Shown in pieces: positions 32,478-43,200 of a DNA stretch of 64,000 bases. A program made the position numbers and the translations under genes. Position 1 is the first letter of the stretch; each line of letters begins with the position of its first letter. Source of the stretch: a virus (taxonomy: Duplodnaviria > Caudoviricetes); IMG/VR virus record IMGVR_UViG_3300044728_000163, positions 1 to 64,000 of that record; one strand, given 5' to 3'. A model generated the notes under the pieces. The model searched no databases and had not been told where the DNA came from. It saw only the letters and a list, made by a program, of their open reading frames with translations.

Positions 32478-32636
32478 CTAGAGCATGCCAAGCAGGATCA
32501 GAATCAGCACGATAATTAGCACCGTCGAGAGGACGCCGGTCGGGGCGTAGCCCCAGCCGGAGGAGTAGGGCCACTGCGGCAGCACCGCGATCAGCAAGAC
32601 GATCAGGACAATGAATACAAGGACGTTGCGTGGCAT
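32478..32636 (-). CDS. DUF3309-family small membrane protein (52 aa), absent from ORF track
   Basis: LLIAVLPQWPYSSGWGYAPTG.L..VLIIVLILILLG. Confidence 0.8.
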   Translation of the reverse strand: MPRNVLVFIVLIVLLIAVLPQWPYSSGWGYAPTGVLSTVLIIVLILILLGML

Positions 32637-32648
32637 GGTGGCTTCCTC

Positions 32649-33014
32649 TCAGACCGTCTCGACAACGTAGAAGCGGCTGGCATCGTTGTTCGCGGTGCCC
32701 GCGCCGCCTTTGTTCCTGATCGTCCGCTCATGCACGGGCTGGCCGCGCCACTGATCGACCACCTCGATCGATCCATCATCGTTATAACAAAGGAACACGG
32801 CGATATGCGATGAGCCATTCGTCTGGTTCGCGTATCGACCGGCTGAATTGAAGGTGGCGATGATCGCCCCCGGCGGCGTGTCCGGACCCACCTTCGCACC
32901 CCGGCGCAACGCCGAACTGTGCGGTACGCCATGGCATTCCTGCACATGCCTCATGCAGTGGCCGTTATCGACCACCTGTCCCAGCGCCTCGTGGGGATCG
33001 CTCGCGATGATCAT
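32649..33014 (-). CDS. BPSL0067/Tae-like NlpC/P60-type putative peptidoglycan hydrolase
   Basis: NGHC..HVQ, PGAIIATF..GRY, SHIAVF, IEVVDQW, FYVVE. Confidence 0.7.
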   Translation of the reverse strand: MIIASDPHEALGQVVDNGHCMRHVQECHGVPHSSALRRGAKVGPDTPPGAIIATFNSAGRYANQTNGSSHIAVFLCYNDDGSIEVVDQWRGQPVHERTIRNKGGAGTANNDASRFYVVETV

Positions 33015-33022
33015 GTCACCTC

Positions 33023-33637
33023 CTAGTGTGTGGCGAGTTTCTTGGCGATCTCACGCGCCGCGCCGACCGCCACCTTCTCCTGGCTTTCGTCTGGTTTGGT
33101 TTCCGATGCCCAGGCGATGTAGATCACGCCGACGAACGATTCCGGATTTGGTGGAATGGGAACGGCGCAGCCACGATGCATGCCCCTGTCGGCCAGCCGA
33201 CGCGCCAGCGGCGAGCCGGTCGTCTCCAGGTTAACGCAGGAGGGATGTCCTTCCATCACATCAATCAGCGCCCGCACATCGGAGGTATGCACGATGATCG
33301 GCAGTCTGCGCGGAGCCGGGATCACCGGGCGCTCTCCATCCCGGCGGCGCGCGGCGAGAAACCACTGTGAATTACTGGAGAGATCGACAGCCCAGATTTG
33401 AACCATGTCGGCATTCGTTTCGGTGACCAACTTATCCATCGCTTCCGGCACCAGATCGTTCCGCAGTTCCGGTGCCGATGGCGTCAGCCACGCCTCGATG
33501 ATTTCGTCGCGCTTCTCATAAAGCACCCAGGCCGTTCCGCAGATAAGAAACGATATAATAACGAAAGCGGCTTTCCAGGGTTTGTCGCCGATGAAGGCCA
33601 GGGCACGATCAATAATGCCCTTGGCCTGTTCCACCAT
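33023..33637 (-). CDS. Putative holin, single TM plus GAF-like domain (T4 T-like topology)
   Basis: One N-terminal TM; C-terminal GCAVPIP..FVGVIYIAW; located beside the endolysin. Confidence 0.55.
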   Translation of the reverse strand: MVEQAKGIIDRALAFIGDKPWKAAFVIISFLICGTAWVLYEKRDEIIEAWLTPSAPELRNDLVPEAMDKLVTETNADMVQIWAVDLSSNSQWFLAARRRDGERPVIPAPRRLPIIVHTSDVRALIDVMEGHPSCVNLETTGSPLARRLADRGMHRGCAVPIPPNPESFVGVIYIAWASETKPDESQEKVAVGAAREIAKKLATH

Positions 33638-33647
33638 CGGTCTTCTC

Positions 33648-34466
33648 CTAGTCCGTTACGACAATGTCGCGTTTATGACCCGTCGTGCTGATCAGCACCG
33701 CCGCTCCCTTGGGAAGCCGCAGCGTCAGGATGCCGCCCTGGATCGATCCGACGACGTGGATCGATACACGGTCATACTCACCCTCGATAACGTCACCATG
33801 ATCCACCGGAGGTCGCTCCGGTCGCGGTGGCCGGTCGGGCCGTCCCGGTAGCAGAACAGGGCGACCACCAGCCCACTCCGCTTCCAGCGCCGACATGGGG
33901 CCGTCGTACGCGTCCTGATCGACATCGCCGACGATGCCGGGTGTCTTCCCCTTATCGGTCCATTGCCACAGCCAGGGCGTGTCCCAGCCGGGTGGGCAGA
34001 CCGGTTGGCTGGCATAGTGCGCCAGCCAGAGGCGGCAACGCGACAGCGTCGCGTTGGGTGACCCCAGTGCTTCCTTCGCCGTGTTGCCCGAGTAGAGGAC
34101 CGGCAACTGGCCGGTCTGGCTCTCCACCTCGGTGACGAACTGCACCGCCTGACTGAGCGACATCGTGCCGGTCGAGTTGGTGTTGTCCTCCCAGTCAAGC
34201 GCCAGCAATTCGTTTTCGTCGTTCAGGTCCGCGAGAAAGTTACGGACCTGGCTCATCACATCGCTGCCCTCCGCGAAATGATAACGACCAAACAACAACC
34301 CCGCCTTGCGACAGCCCTCGCGCGCCGCGGCAAACATGGGATCTCTGTAGCCAGTGCCTTGCGAAAACTTATGGACGACGCCATGGACACCCGATGCCTT
34401 GATCGCATGCCAGTCGGTCACCTCATTCCAGTGCGAAATGTCGATGACCATACTGTTCTGGATCAT
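33648..34466 (-). CDS. GH25 muramidase endolysin
   Basis: IDISHWN, HKFSQG, GRYHF, LALDWEDN, PVLYSG, LWLAHY, WQWTD.G..PGI..VD.D. Confidence 0.92.
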   Translation of the reverse strand: MIQNSMVIDISHWNEVTDWHAIKASGVHGVVHKFSQGTGYRDPMFAAAREGCRKAGLLFGRYHFAEGSDVMSQVRNFLADLNDENELLALDWEDNTNSTGTMSLSQAVQFVTEVESQTGQLPVLYSGNTAKEALGSPNATLSRCRLWLAHYASQPVCPPGWDTPWLWQWTDKGKTPGIVGDVDQDAYDGPMSALEAEWAGGRPVLLPGRPDRPPRPERPPVDHGDVIEGEYDRVSIHVVGSIQGGILTLRLPKGAAVLISTTGHKRDIVVTD

Positions 34467-34684
34467 GACGCGTGCGCGGCCCCGTTGGCCGATGCCGGGA
34501 CCGGCGGCAGCACCTCGCCCTCGCGCGCGGCCATCTGCCGCTTGCCCTCGACCTCTTGGACCTGGCGCATGATATCCGCGATGATCGGCGCGGCCTGGCG
34601 GTAGGGCGCGCTGTGCAGCGCGTCCAGCACCCCATTCCACATCTGGGCTTCCAGGGTGATCGATACCTTGTCGGTGAGTTCCAT
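34463..34684 (-). CDS. Small helical protein (tail-fibre accessory?)
   Basis: GGAG RBS; sits between fibre and lysis genes. Confidence 0.6.
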   Translation of the reverse strand: MELTDKVSITLEAQMWNGVLDALHSAPYRQAAPIIADIMRQVQEVEGKRQMAAREGEVLPPVPASANGAAHAS

Positions 34685-34693
34685 GGTGTTCTC

Positions 34694-37045
34694 CTAAGCG
34701 ATTGTTCGTGTTTCAGGGGGTCGTTCAAGTTCAACGATGCGCCGGATGGCGACCGCCAGATCAGCCGTGGTTTTGTTTAGCTTATCGTTCAATTCGCGCA
34801 ACGCATTGATGACGACGAACAACAACGGCTTCTCGTCCACCGATAGCTGGCCAGGAAAACGGATATCGGGCGGTTGCTCCTCGTCCATGGCATTATGTGG
34901 CTGCGGTGGCGTGGGATAGACGGCTTCCGGCACCAGCGACTCCAGTTGCTGGGCGACCAGCCCGACGTGGCGCTTGCCGTCGTCGGCGGTGCCGCCCAGT
35001 CCGTTATAGAGATAACTGACCGGCGTCAGTTGCATGATGACATCGAGGCCGCGCCGCCAGGGTGCGACCTCCTTCTTGACCCGCTCGTCCGATATCGCGT
35101 TGCCACCATAGAACTGGCCAAAGGCATTCACGTTGCCCGAGCCGTCCACCCAAAACATCGCGTTCCGGCCTGGCCCCCACTTATCGGTATTGCCGCGAAA
35201 CACCATCGAGCCATCAACGGAACTCCAGGTCAAAGCCCAGCCATCGCTCTGAAACTGGATGGCGCGGCCAGAAGGGCCACCATAGATGGCGAAGTTCTGG
35301 CCAAGCCCAGGCTGACCGGCCCCGTTGCCCGCGCCGACGAAAATCCCCTGGAAAGCATAGATATTGCCAACCATGTCCATGGCACCGACGCGCGTGGACC
35401 CCCAGTAATATTCGAAGGCGTAAAGCGGACGCCCGCCGCCGTTGAATATCTGGTTGGCCCCGCCGGTAAAATCAGTGCTGCCACAAACCGTGATATATGA
35501 ATTATTGTCACGCGCGTTGATGCTGTTGTCGCCGAGAGAAATATACAGCCGATTCTGCAAGTTGGTGACGCCGACGACGCCGACGTTGCGCCCGACGTGG
35601 AGATCGTAACCAGCGAACAGGCTGATCGCGGCACTGATATGGCCGGTCATATACAGACTGCCCCGGTTGCCATCGTTGATGGGGTTCTCCGTCACCATCC
35701 CGCCCCAGTAAATAAGCGCGTTGCCACTGCCGTCCATCTGGCCGAACCGCAGACCGGTGTCGGCGTAAATCCCGGCGGCGAACTGGTGGTAGTCGTCCCA
35801 CATACAAAACGATGGGTTGTTGTTGTAACCTTTTGAGGTGATCCGCGCGCTACTGGTGAAGATGCGACCGGCGGTCGTGAGCGGCCCGCTCATCGACACC
35901 TCGGCGGTCTGGCGATTGATGTAGATCGGCGCGTCGAGGTAAGTCCCGCCGTCGTTGCAACGGCCCAACAAAAAATTGGAGCCGATATTGCTGCCGTCCT
36001 GCCGGTCGGTATCACCCGTGCCCAGTTGCAAGATCCAGCGAGTGAACCCGCCGCTGTAGCCGACGATCTGGTTGACCTGGGCGTAGCCGTTCGGGCGATT
36101 GAGGGCGAGGGTCGAGGACTGACCCGGCTGGGCGGGGATGCCGATATAATTGGTGGCGTTGAACGCGCCGTTGGCGGTCAACGCTCCCACCGTGGCCGCG
36201 CCCGTGATCGTGAGCGCGCCGGTCGCCGAGAGCGCGCCGCTCACACTGAGCGAACCACCCATGGTCCAGCCGGTGTAGCCGTTCTCCGCGTTCATGTTCA
36301 GCGTCGTCGTACCAAAACCGACGTAGCCCGCGCGCACGCCGTTAGCCTTGTGGAAGGCGACGTAGCCCGCGTTGTTGGCGTCGCCCAGGTTGAGCGCCGA
36401 GTAGCCGACCGCCGGGGCACGCGCCGTGACACCAGCCGCCTGTAGCCCTCCGCTAACGGCGACCGTGCCCAGTAAATTGATGCTGGTGCCGGTCAGGGTG
36501 ATGGTGTTCAGCGTCATGCCCGTGCGGGTGACGGAGAGCCAGTTGCTGGACACGGTGTAGGGGTCGTTCATGGCGCGACCCCAAAGGGTGTCGCCAGACG
36601 AGAGGAAGTCCCACGCCTTACTGTCCGACGCGCCCGACTGTTCGCGCACACCGATGATCGCGCCGCCCCCGGTGGCCGTCGCGTAGAACCCCTTGGCGGT
36701 GATGTTGGCCCCGGCGACGGAGATGTTGCCCGCGTTATCGACCCACAGCGTCCGTTCCGATGGAAGATCGTTGTATATTTTAGTTTCGCCCAGGAAATTG
36801 AGGCGCGACAACGAGCCGGCAGAATTCTTTAAAACCGTAGTCCTGTTCAGCTTGTTTGGCGAACCAGCGGTATAGGTTCCGATACCCCATTCCATCTGCG
36901 CGCCATCGGTCATCACGTAAAAACACTGCGCGCCTGACGCGAACCAGAAGCCGAACGGCAAACGTCCGGCGGTGGGGCCAAGCAGATTGCAATCCGCCGC
37001 CGTCCCCGGCGCGTTGGTCAGTTCAAGAACGAGGTTGCCAAGCAT
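34694..37045 (-). CDS. Tail fibre with C-terminal peptidase S74 chaperone domain
   Basis: SDERVKK..GL..I.QL.PVSY.Y..GLVAQQLE..VPEAV plus terminal coiled coil. Confidence 0.85.
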   Translation of the reverse strand: MLGNLVLELTNAPGTAADCNLLGPTAGRLPFGFWFASGAQCFYVMTDGAQMEWGIGTYTAGSPNKLNRTTVLKNSAGSLSRLNFLGETKIYNDLPSERTLWVDNAGNISVAGANITAKGFYATATGGGAIIGVREQSGASDSKAWDFLSSGDTLWGRAMNDPYTVSSNWLSVTRTGMTLNTITLTGTSINLLGTVAVSGGLQAAGVTARAPAVGYSALNLGDANNAGYVAFHKANGVRAGYVGFGTTTLNMNAENGYTGWTMGGSLSVSGALSATGALTITGAATVGALTANGAFNATNYIGIPAQPGQSSTLALNRPNGYAQVNQIVGYSGGFTRWILQLGTGDTDRQDGSNIGSNFLLGRCNDGGTYLDAPIYINRQTAEVSMSGPLTTAGRIFTSSARITSKGYNNNPSFCMWDDYHQFAAGIYADTGLRFGQMDGSGNALIYWGGMVTENPINDGNRGSLYMTGHISAAISLFAGYDLHVGRNVGVVGVTNLQNRLYISLGDNSINARDNNSYITVCGSTDFTGGANQIFNGGGRPLYAFEYYWGSTRVGAMDMVGNIYAFQGIFVGAGNGAGQPGLGQNFAIYGGPSGRAIQFQSDGWALTWSSVDGSMVFRGNTDKWGPGRNAMFWVDGSGNVNAFGQFYGGNAISDERVKKEVAPWRRGLDVIMQLTPVSYLYNGLGGTADDGKRHVGLVAQQLESLVPEAVYPTPPQPHNAMDEEQPPDIRFPGQLSVDEKPLLFVVINALRELNDKLNKTTADLAVAIRRIVELERPPETRTIA

Positions 37046-37830
37046 CAGAGGCGCTCCTTCACGCGGAACTTCCACGCGTGTCGATCATGAAAGCCCGCGA
37101 TATAGCTGACATCGGCGGTCACCGTGACGCGCCCGAACACCGCTTCGCTCGCCACCGTCTGCGAGGTGTAGGTGGGAATGAACAGGATGTTGCCACCGTA
37201 ACGAGATACCCGGTCGAGGTTCTGCGCGTCGGTCCACAGTTCGCTGTCGGTTATCGCGTCGAAGGCGGCTTCCCAGCGTCGTTGCTGAAAGCGATAGGTG
37301 GGATATTCCTGGCCACCGCGCGAGATCATTTCATCAACGGTACTATCTCTGCCGTACGTGCTGTTCCATGTGAAGCCCAGTTTGGGAATCCAGCCGGGGC
37401 CAAGGAAGGCCAACGGCACGTTGATGAAGCCATCCGGATTGCCCGCGTCGTTGATCTCGACCACGCAATAATCCGCGTAGATGTCCTCCAGCGCCACGGC
37501 GACGACCTGGCCGTAGCCGGGTTGCGGTCCCGTCACCGTGCCGCTCCAGACCAACGTGGAGGGGTTGATGAACAAGTTGAATGTCACACTCGCGCCCTGC
37601 GACAGGTTGGTCCTGAACAGGCCGAATATCCGCCATAGCTGGCGCGGTGGCGTGCAGCGGAAGGTCGCCCCGGCGGCGGCGGTGACCACCCCGGCGGCGG
37701 TCTGCCATGCCATCGAGGACGCGCCTGAATCGGTCTGCAGATTGGTGATCGGCATGTTGTTCGCGGTGGACCCGGCGATCAGCGCGCCGGATTTGACCAG
37801 GTTCTTGATGCCGAGCGCCGAGTTTCCCAT
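37045..37830 (-). CDS. Minor tail / distal tail protein
   Basis: Position and beta-rich sequence in the tail-tip operon. Confidence 0.6.
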   Translation of the reverse strand: MGNSALGIKNLVKSGALIAGSTANNMPITNLQTDSGASSMAWQTAAGVVTAAAGATFRCTPPRQLWRIFGLFRTNLSQGASVTFNLFINPSTLVWSGTVTGPQPGYGQVVAVALEDIYADYCVVEINDAGNPDGFINVPLAFLGPGWIPKLGFTWNSTYGRDSTVDEMISRGGQEYPTYRFQQRRWEAAFDAITDSELWTDAQNLDRVSRYGGNILFIPTYTSQTVASEAVFGRVTVTADVSYIAGFHDRHAWKFRVKERL

Positions 37831-39602
37831 CAGACCAAGATCCTGATCGTGACCGCCGCGTCGGGCGAGCGGAATGAATAGCCAACAATCTGGCCCATCT
37901 TGCCGTTACCCAGGTCATCCATCGGATAGACGATGGTGACGACATGACCCATGTCCAGCACGATGCCAGAGAAGGCGGGCACGGTGACATCGTAGAGCCG
38001 CCGCCTGACCCCCCATAGCGCGCCCAGGTCGTTGACCACCTGTTGGGCGTCAGCCTGACGCAGCAACAGCCCGGTGACCGGCGGCGGGTCGTTGGGACGC
38101 CTGAACGCGGTCAGCACCGCCGTGGACGACCAGTAGGCGAACGCGCCGGTCATCTCGACATATTGTTTGTGCGTCGCCGACATCGACGCGGTGTTCATGT
38201 CCGATGTCTGGATCGTGTAGTTGTGGGTGTATTCGGAACGGATACGATACGGCGGCGGGTCGAGCGTCGCGGGCAGGGCGATGGGCGCGATCTGGATGAT
38301 GTTCGACAGGTCGAAGGTGCCCTCGGAGCGCGGGTTCGCCGTCAGCGCGCGGAGCATGAACAGGCCGAGCCGCCCATCCCGCTTGGAGATCAGCTTGGCA
38401 CCGGGTCCGGACACCATGGCCGACAGCACGTCGATGCCGGTGATCGATGATCCGGAGTCGTAATAGCCACCCGCCACATATGGCCACGATGCGTCCACCA
38501 CGTTGAACGATGCGATATCGATCAGTTCCGGTGGCAGCACCAGATCCTCGGTCAGAGTGAACCGGGCGATCTGGCTGAACGTGGTGATCGCCCCGGCCAC
38601 GGGAAACTCGCCGGTCACATCACAGGTGATCGCGTGGACCGCGACCGATCCCAACTGGAAAAGCCCACGCGAGTTGTCGGTGCGATACCGGCCCGCCGGG
38701 ACCGACCCGGCGTAGAGGTTCGTCGTGTCGCCGTTATAAGTGATGACCTGGGCACCGCCCTCGTAAAGCGCCACGACCGAGCCGCGCCCATCGGTGTACT
38801 GGTAGATGCGGTTCACCGGATCGACCAGCACCGGGGTGATGTTCTGTACCGGGTTGGCGGCGGTGCCACCACGCGTGCGCGGGAGCGGCTTGCCGGTCAG
38901 CGTGGCGGTGCCGTCATAGCCGCCCGTGCCGCCGTAGACCGTCTGCTGATAAGGCTTCTCCAGCCAGTAGGTGGCGTCGCGGATGGGCACGGTCAGCGCC
39001 GCGTCGGATAAAAACCACGGTGCCGAGATACCCGCCCACATAAATTGCAGCGAGGCGTAGGGCGGGTCGCGGTGATACTGGCGCGCGGAGTCCCAGGTCT
39101 TCACCCCGGTCAGGATGCGGACGTTGCGGCCATCGGAGTTGAAACTTCCCGCGGTGGCGTCGAACAGGTTGTCAGCGTTGGAGAACACGATGGTGCCCCA
39201 GGCCGCGCCGACACCCGACGCACTCATTTCGAGGTTGATCTTATTATCCACCTGAAACGCCTGGTTCAGTATCGGCGGATAAGGCCTGATGCCACCGGCA
39301 TCGGTGGACATGGAGCGATAGCCAAGGTCGGATGCGATGATCTGGCTGTCGAGCGGAGCGGGGTCTTCCAGCAACGCCAGAGCCAGGTTGGGGCGCGAGT
39401 TATAGGCATCCTCGGTGGTCAGTTCGTGAACCACGCCGGGATTGTAGACATTAAGTTCCACCACCAGAAACCGGATCTCCGGTCCTGGGATATCATCGTA
39501 ATGCTCGATCTCGATCGGATTGATGCCGTCTTCAGTCATGATTGGCTCGTCCCCGTTCTCTTCCATTCGGATAGCGTAAGGACCGCCGAATATCCAGAGC
39601 AT
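37830..39602 (-). CDS. Tail tip / hub-like protein
   Basis: GK.LP..G..V.NITPVLVD motif; upstream of distal tail and fibre genes. Confidence 0.6.
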   Translation of the reverse strand: MLWIFGGPYAIRMEENGDEPIMTEDGINPIEIEHYDDIPGPEIRFLVVELNVYNPGVVHELTTEDAYNSRPNLALALLEDPAPLDSQIIASDLGYRSMSTDAGGIRPYPPILNQAFQVDNKINLEMSASGVGAAWGTIVFSNADNLFDATAGSFNSDGRNVRILTGVKTWDSARQYHRDPPYASLQFMWAGISAPWFLSDAALTVPIRDATYWLEKPYQQTVYGGTGGYDGTATLTGKPLPRTRGGTAANPVQNITPVLVDPVNRIYQYTDGRGSVVALYEGGAQVITYNGDTTNLYAGSVPAGRYRTDNSRGLFQLGSVAVHAITCDVTGEFPVAGAITTFSQIARFTLTEDLVLPPELIDIASFNVVDASWPYVAGGYYDSGSSITGIDVLSAMVSGPGAKLISKRDGRLGLFMLRALTANPRSEGTFDLSNIIQIAPIALPATLDPPPYRIRSEYTHNYTIQTSDMNTASMSATHKQYVEMTGAFAYWSSTAVLTAFRRPNDPPPVTGLLLRQADAQQVVNDLGALWGVRRRLYDVTVPAFSGIVLDMGHVVTIVYPMDDLGNGKMGQIVGYSFRSPDAAVTIRILV

Positions 39603-39622
39603 CGCATCGTGCGCCTCATCAG

Positions 39623-39910
39623 CTAGATTTTATCGGGCAGCTTCTTGTGCAGCGCGGCCTGACCGGCGACCTGGGAAATCTCCCACATCTGCGAACAGGT
39701 GGCGCACGTAAACGTCGAGACGTGGATGTTGGGATCGGAATTCGTCATCCTTCCGGTGCCATCGTAGATCGGCTCCCAGGCGATGACCGGCTCGACCACG
39801 CTCGCCGAGCGCGCGACGCGGCACTGCGAATAATCCGGCTGGTGGGGACAGTCCGGATTGGCGTTGGGCGCGGGTGGGGGCGGTCCCCCACCGGATACGG
39901 TATCTCCCAT
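39623..39910 (-). CDS. Small Cys-containing hypothetical protein
   Basis: TGATG coupling; CPH..C..CATC. Confidence 0.6.
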   Translation of the reverse strand: MGDTVSGGGPPPPAPNANPDCPHQPDYSQCRVARSASVVEPVIAWEPIYDGTGRMTNSDPNIHVSTFTCATCSQMWEISQVAGQAALHKKLPDKI

Positions 39911-40260
39911 CACATCGCCGCCTGGCCGTTGTCCAGGGTCTTGATGATCGGCGCGGCCAGCGCCCAGAACGCGTCCCACTGCACGGCCAGCGCCTGCACG
40001 GCATCGGCGTAGGCCTGGCCGTTCAAACCGGGCGTGGTGGGATCTGGCTGCACGCCGAAATTGTTCTGCGTGTAGGGCATCCCCATGCCACCGCTGGCGG
40101 CTTCGAACTCGGTCCCCGCCGTTCCCATGAAACCGGTCGAGGCGGTCGCCACGGCCTCGTTGAGCCGCACCACGGTGGTGTTGAGGCCCGCCAGCCGGGA
40201 GACGACACTGTTGGTCATCTGCCCAAATGTCGTACTGTTCGGAATGATAATCGCGGCCAT
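39910..40260 (-). CDS. Hypothetical (possible fibre accessory) protein
   Basis: Starts 2 nt after the giant fibre stop; GAGG RBS. Confidence 0.7.
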   Translation of the reverse strand: MAAIIIPNSTTFGQMTNSVVSRLAGLNTTVVRLNEAVATASTGFMGTAGTEFEAASGGMGMPYTQNNFGVQPDPTTPGLNGQAYADAVQALAVQWDAFWALAAPIIKTLDNGQAAM

Positions 40261-40261
40261 G

Positions 40262-43200
40262 TCAGTGCATCCTCTGTTCAAGTTGTTCCATGCGCGCCAT
40301 GAGCGCGACATTCTGTTCCGTCAACTGCTGAATGGCGCGTGCCATTGTCGCGATCAGCGGCAGTTCCCTGATTTGCGCGTAGCCTTCGCCCTCGTTGTTT
40401 TTGACGACGGCGAGCGGAATGACCTCCTCCACCTCGTCGGCGATCAGCGCGCAATCCCAGTGCTGGCTGACGGCGTTGGGGACCGGCGGCAGAAGATCGA
40501 GTTCATGAAACGTCAGTCTGTTGATCTGGCCAAGCGCGTCGATGGTGGCGGGCCGGATGTTGCTTTTCAGGCGGCGGTCGGACCAGACGATTGACCAGCC
40601 CGCGAAGCCATCACCCGGCCACCAGATGCCACAGGTTCCGTTACCGTTGAGCATCAACTGATGACAACCGGTCCACCCGCCCCCGGTGTCATACGACCTG
40701 AGAAGCCGTCCCTGGTAACCTCCGTCCAATCTGAAGGCAACACTATAACCATCCCATGGAAGGGCGACGGCCTGTCCGTTCCATGCCGAATAGACGATGC
40801 CGTTGTTATTGCACCAGACGATGCTGAACGTGGGACCGGCACCGTAATCGCAGTTCTGGTTTGGGCCGTTGGGGTCGCGCGTGTCGCGCAGTTCGACGTA
40901 GGCCGCGCCGCCATCAATCCAGCACTGTACACGACCGTTCCAACCCATCGCGAGCCATGAGTTGGACCACCACCGATATTTGTGACCGTATTGTCCATCG
41001 TTGTAGACGTTCTTGGTGACGTTATCCCCAATGAAATTGGTCCCAGCGAAAGTAGGACCGGCACCATTATCGACGTTCTGGTTGGGCGTGTAAGCGCCGA
41101 TGTTCTTGAAGTTGGCGGAAGTCCATTGCCGTGCCGCGATGCCATGCTGGTAGACACCGTCAACGTAAAGATTGATGAGGCCGTTCGTCCCGTCCCAGCC
41201 GAAGCCGATTTGATTGACGGCGTAGCTGCGATAGACGACGCCGCTCGTGACCGAAGCCGTGCCAACCACATGAATATTTCCACCAAGTAGAACGCCGGTC
41301 GGCCCGTTCTCCGGTTGGATGTAAAGCCAGTTAGTGTCTGTGTTGCCGATGTAGCCTGTGCGCGCCCCAGCGTTGTTGAACAGCGCGACGTAGCCGGAAT
41401 TGTTCACGCCAGCGGGTTGCAGCGCGATGTATCCGCCAGATGCGGTTCTGGCCTGGACAAAGTAAGCGAAGACCGCGTGGTTAAACGAGGCGTCCCCGGT
41501 GGCACGATTGAGGACAAATGGCGCGTCGAGATAAGTGCCCGCGTCGTTGTAGCGATGGATCAGGAAGTTATCACCCGCCTGACCGTCACCCAGTTGCATG
41601 TTCCAGTGTAGCAGACCGCCTCTGTTCCCGATGATCTGCGAGGGCTGACCCGCTACCGGGACCAGCCAAAGGGTCGATGCGTTACCGGCGGCGGCGGTGA
41701 TCGTTATCGCGTTCGTCACCCCCAGCGCGCCGGTCATGCTGTCGCCTGTCTTGGCGACGTAATTTCCTCCTGAGATAGCAACGAATTTGTTATCTGTGTA
41801 CTGCTTTGTCGCCGCTTCATAAGCAGATGTTGGATCGCGTCCTAACGTGACGGTGAGCGTGCTTGAAAGCGTGATACCGTTGCCATTGAAACTCGCGACC
41901 AACCCACCCGCCGTTGGATAGAAATTGGTGGCCCCACCAGCGACGATGTTGAGGGTGCCGCCCGTGACGCTGAATCCGTAGTTGGGTTCCCAAAGCTGGA
42001 TGTGCTGCGAGAGGTCGAGCGGGTTGTTGCCGATGGCGGTGCGCTGGCCGAACGTGAGGCCCGCGTTGGGGACCGCGAGGACGCCGTTGACCTGTAGCCG
42101 GTTGCTGAAGACCGCGTCGCCGTTTGTTCCGATCCAGAAGCGTGCGGCGGGAGCATTCTCGTCCGAGATGACGTAGAGGCCGTCGCTTCGCGTGCCCGCG
42201 CTCCAGGTGCGAGCGTTGGTGACGGTTGACCAATAACGCGCGGACTGACCGGCTGGCACGGTCATCTGGATTGTGTCGCTGCTGGGGCCTCCCTGCATCA
42301 ACATCCGCCCCGTCTCGCGGTTGAAGCGGAGGATGGCCCCCGGCGTGCCGGTATCGGTCCAGCGCGTGAGGATCAGGTCGGAGCCGACGTTGCTGCCCGT
42401 CTCGTTGGAATACTCGGCCTGGATATTCCAGCGCGGCGATCCCGACGACCACCACTGGATGGTTCGCCATGAGGCCGGTGGTCCATCCAGATTGAACTGC
42501 GGATTAGTGCCTCTGACCGTGGGCTGATTTAGGAACGTGGACACGCCGTTGAACGTGGCGTTGCCGTAGATGGTCGCGCTGCCGCCGGGATCGACCTGAA
42601 AGATCGGGTTGTTGCCTTCAACGAACCGCCAGAAGCCATCATTGCGGCGCTCGAAATAGTAGGCCGGGTTGTTGGCCATGATGAACTGGCCACTGTTGGA
42701 GACTACCGCGTTGCCACCGATGTTACCCGATGCCCAACTGTAGCCACTGACACTCAGACCGGCCATCGTGAACCGCGCGATCTGGGATTGCCTCGCGTCG
42801 GTGTTGTCGTCGTTCACCTGATTGGTGATCCAGACATCGAGGAACTCGCTGCCCCAGCCAATCCCGGCGAAGCCGGAACGGATGGAGGCAACGTAGCGCG
42901 CCCCCTGGTCAGCGTTACCGACGAAGTTGCCACCAAAGCGAATTCGGCTTTGCCCGCCGTCCATGTTGGGCGTTGAGAGCCACAGTTGCGCGCTCGTATT
43001 GTTCGATGCGTGATTGATTCTTAATGGTCCGGACATCACATCGCCGGTTCTCGCGACGTAACCGCCGCCCACGATGGGCGCGTAATTGTTGACCACCCAC
43101 TGCCTGGTCACCGCGTCCATGTTCGCCGTGGGGTCGCGGCTCAGAGTGATCTGGCGGAATGAGCCGATACCCTCCCGCGTATCGAACCAGATGCCAGCCT

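Noticed and set aside
32313-32519. + strand ORF MLHLTSCEIVCHPK...
   Set aside because: Runs through the late terminator and overlaps the better-supported DUF3309 gene on the opposite strand; could be real in its 5' half but is unsupported
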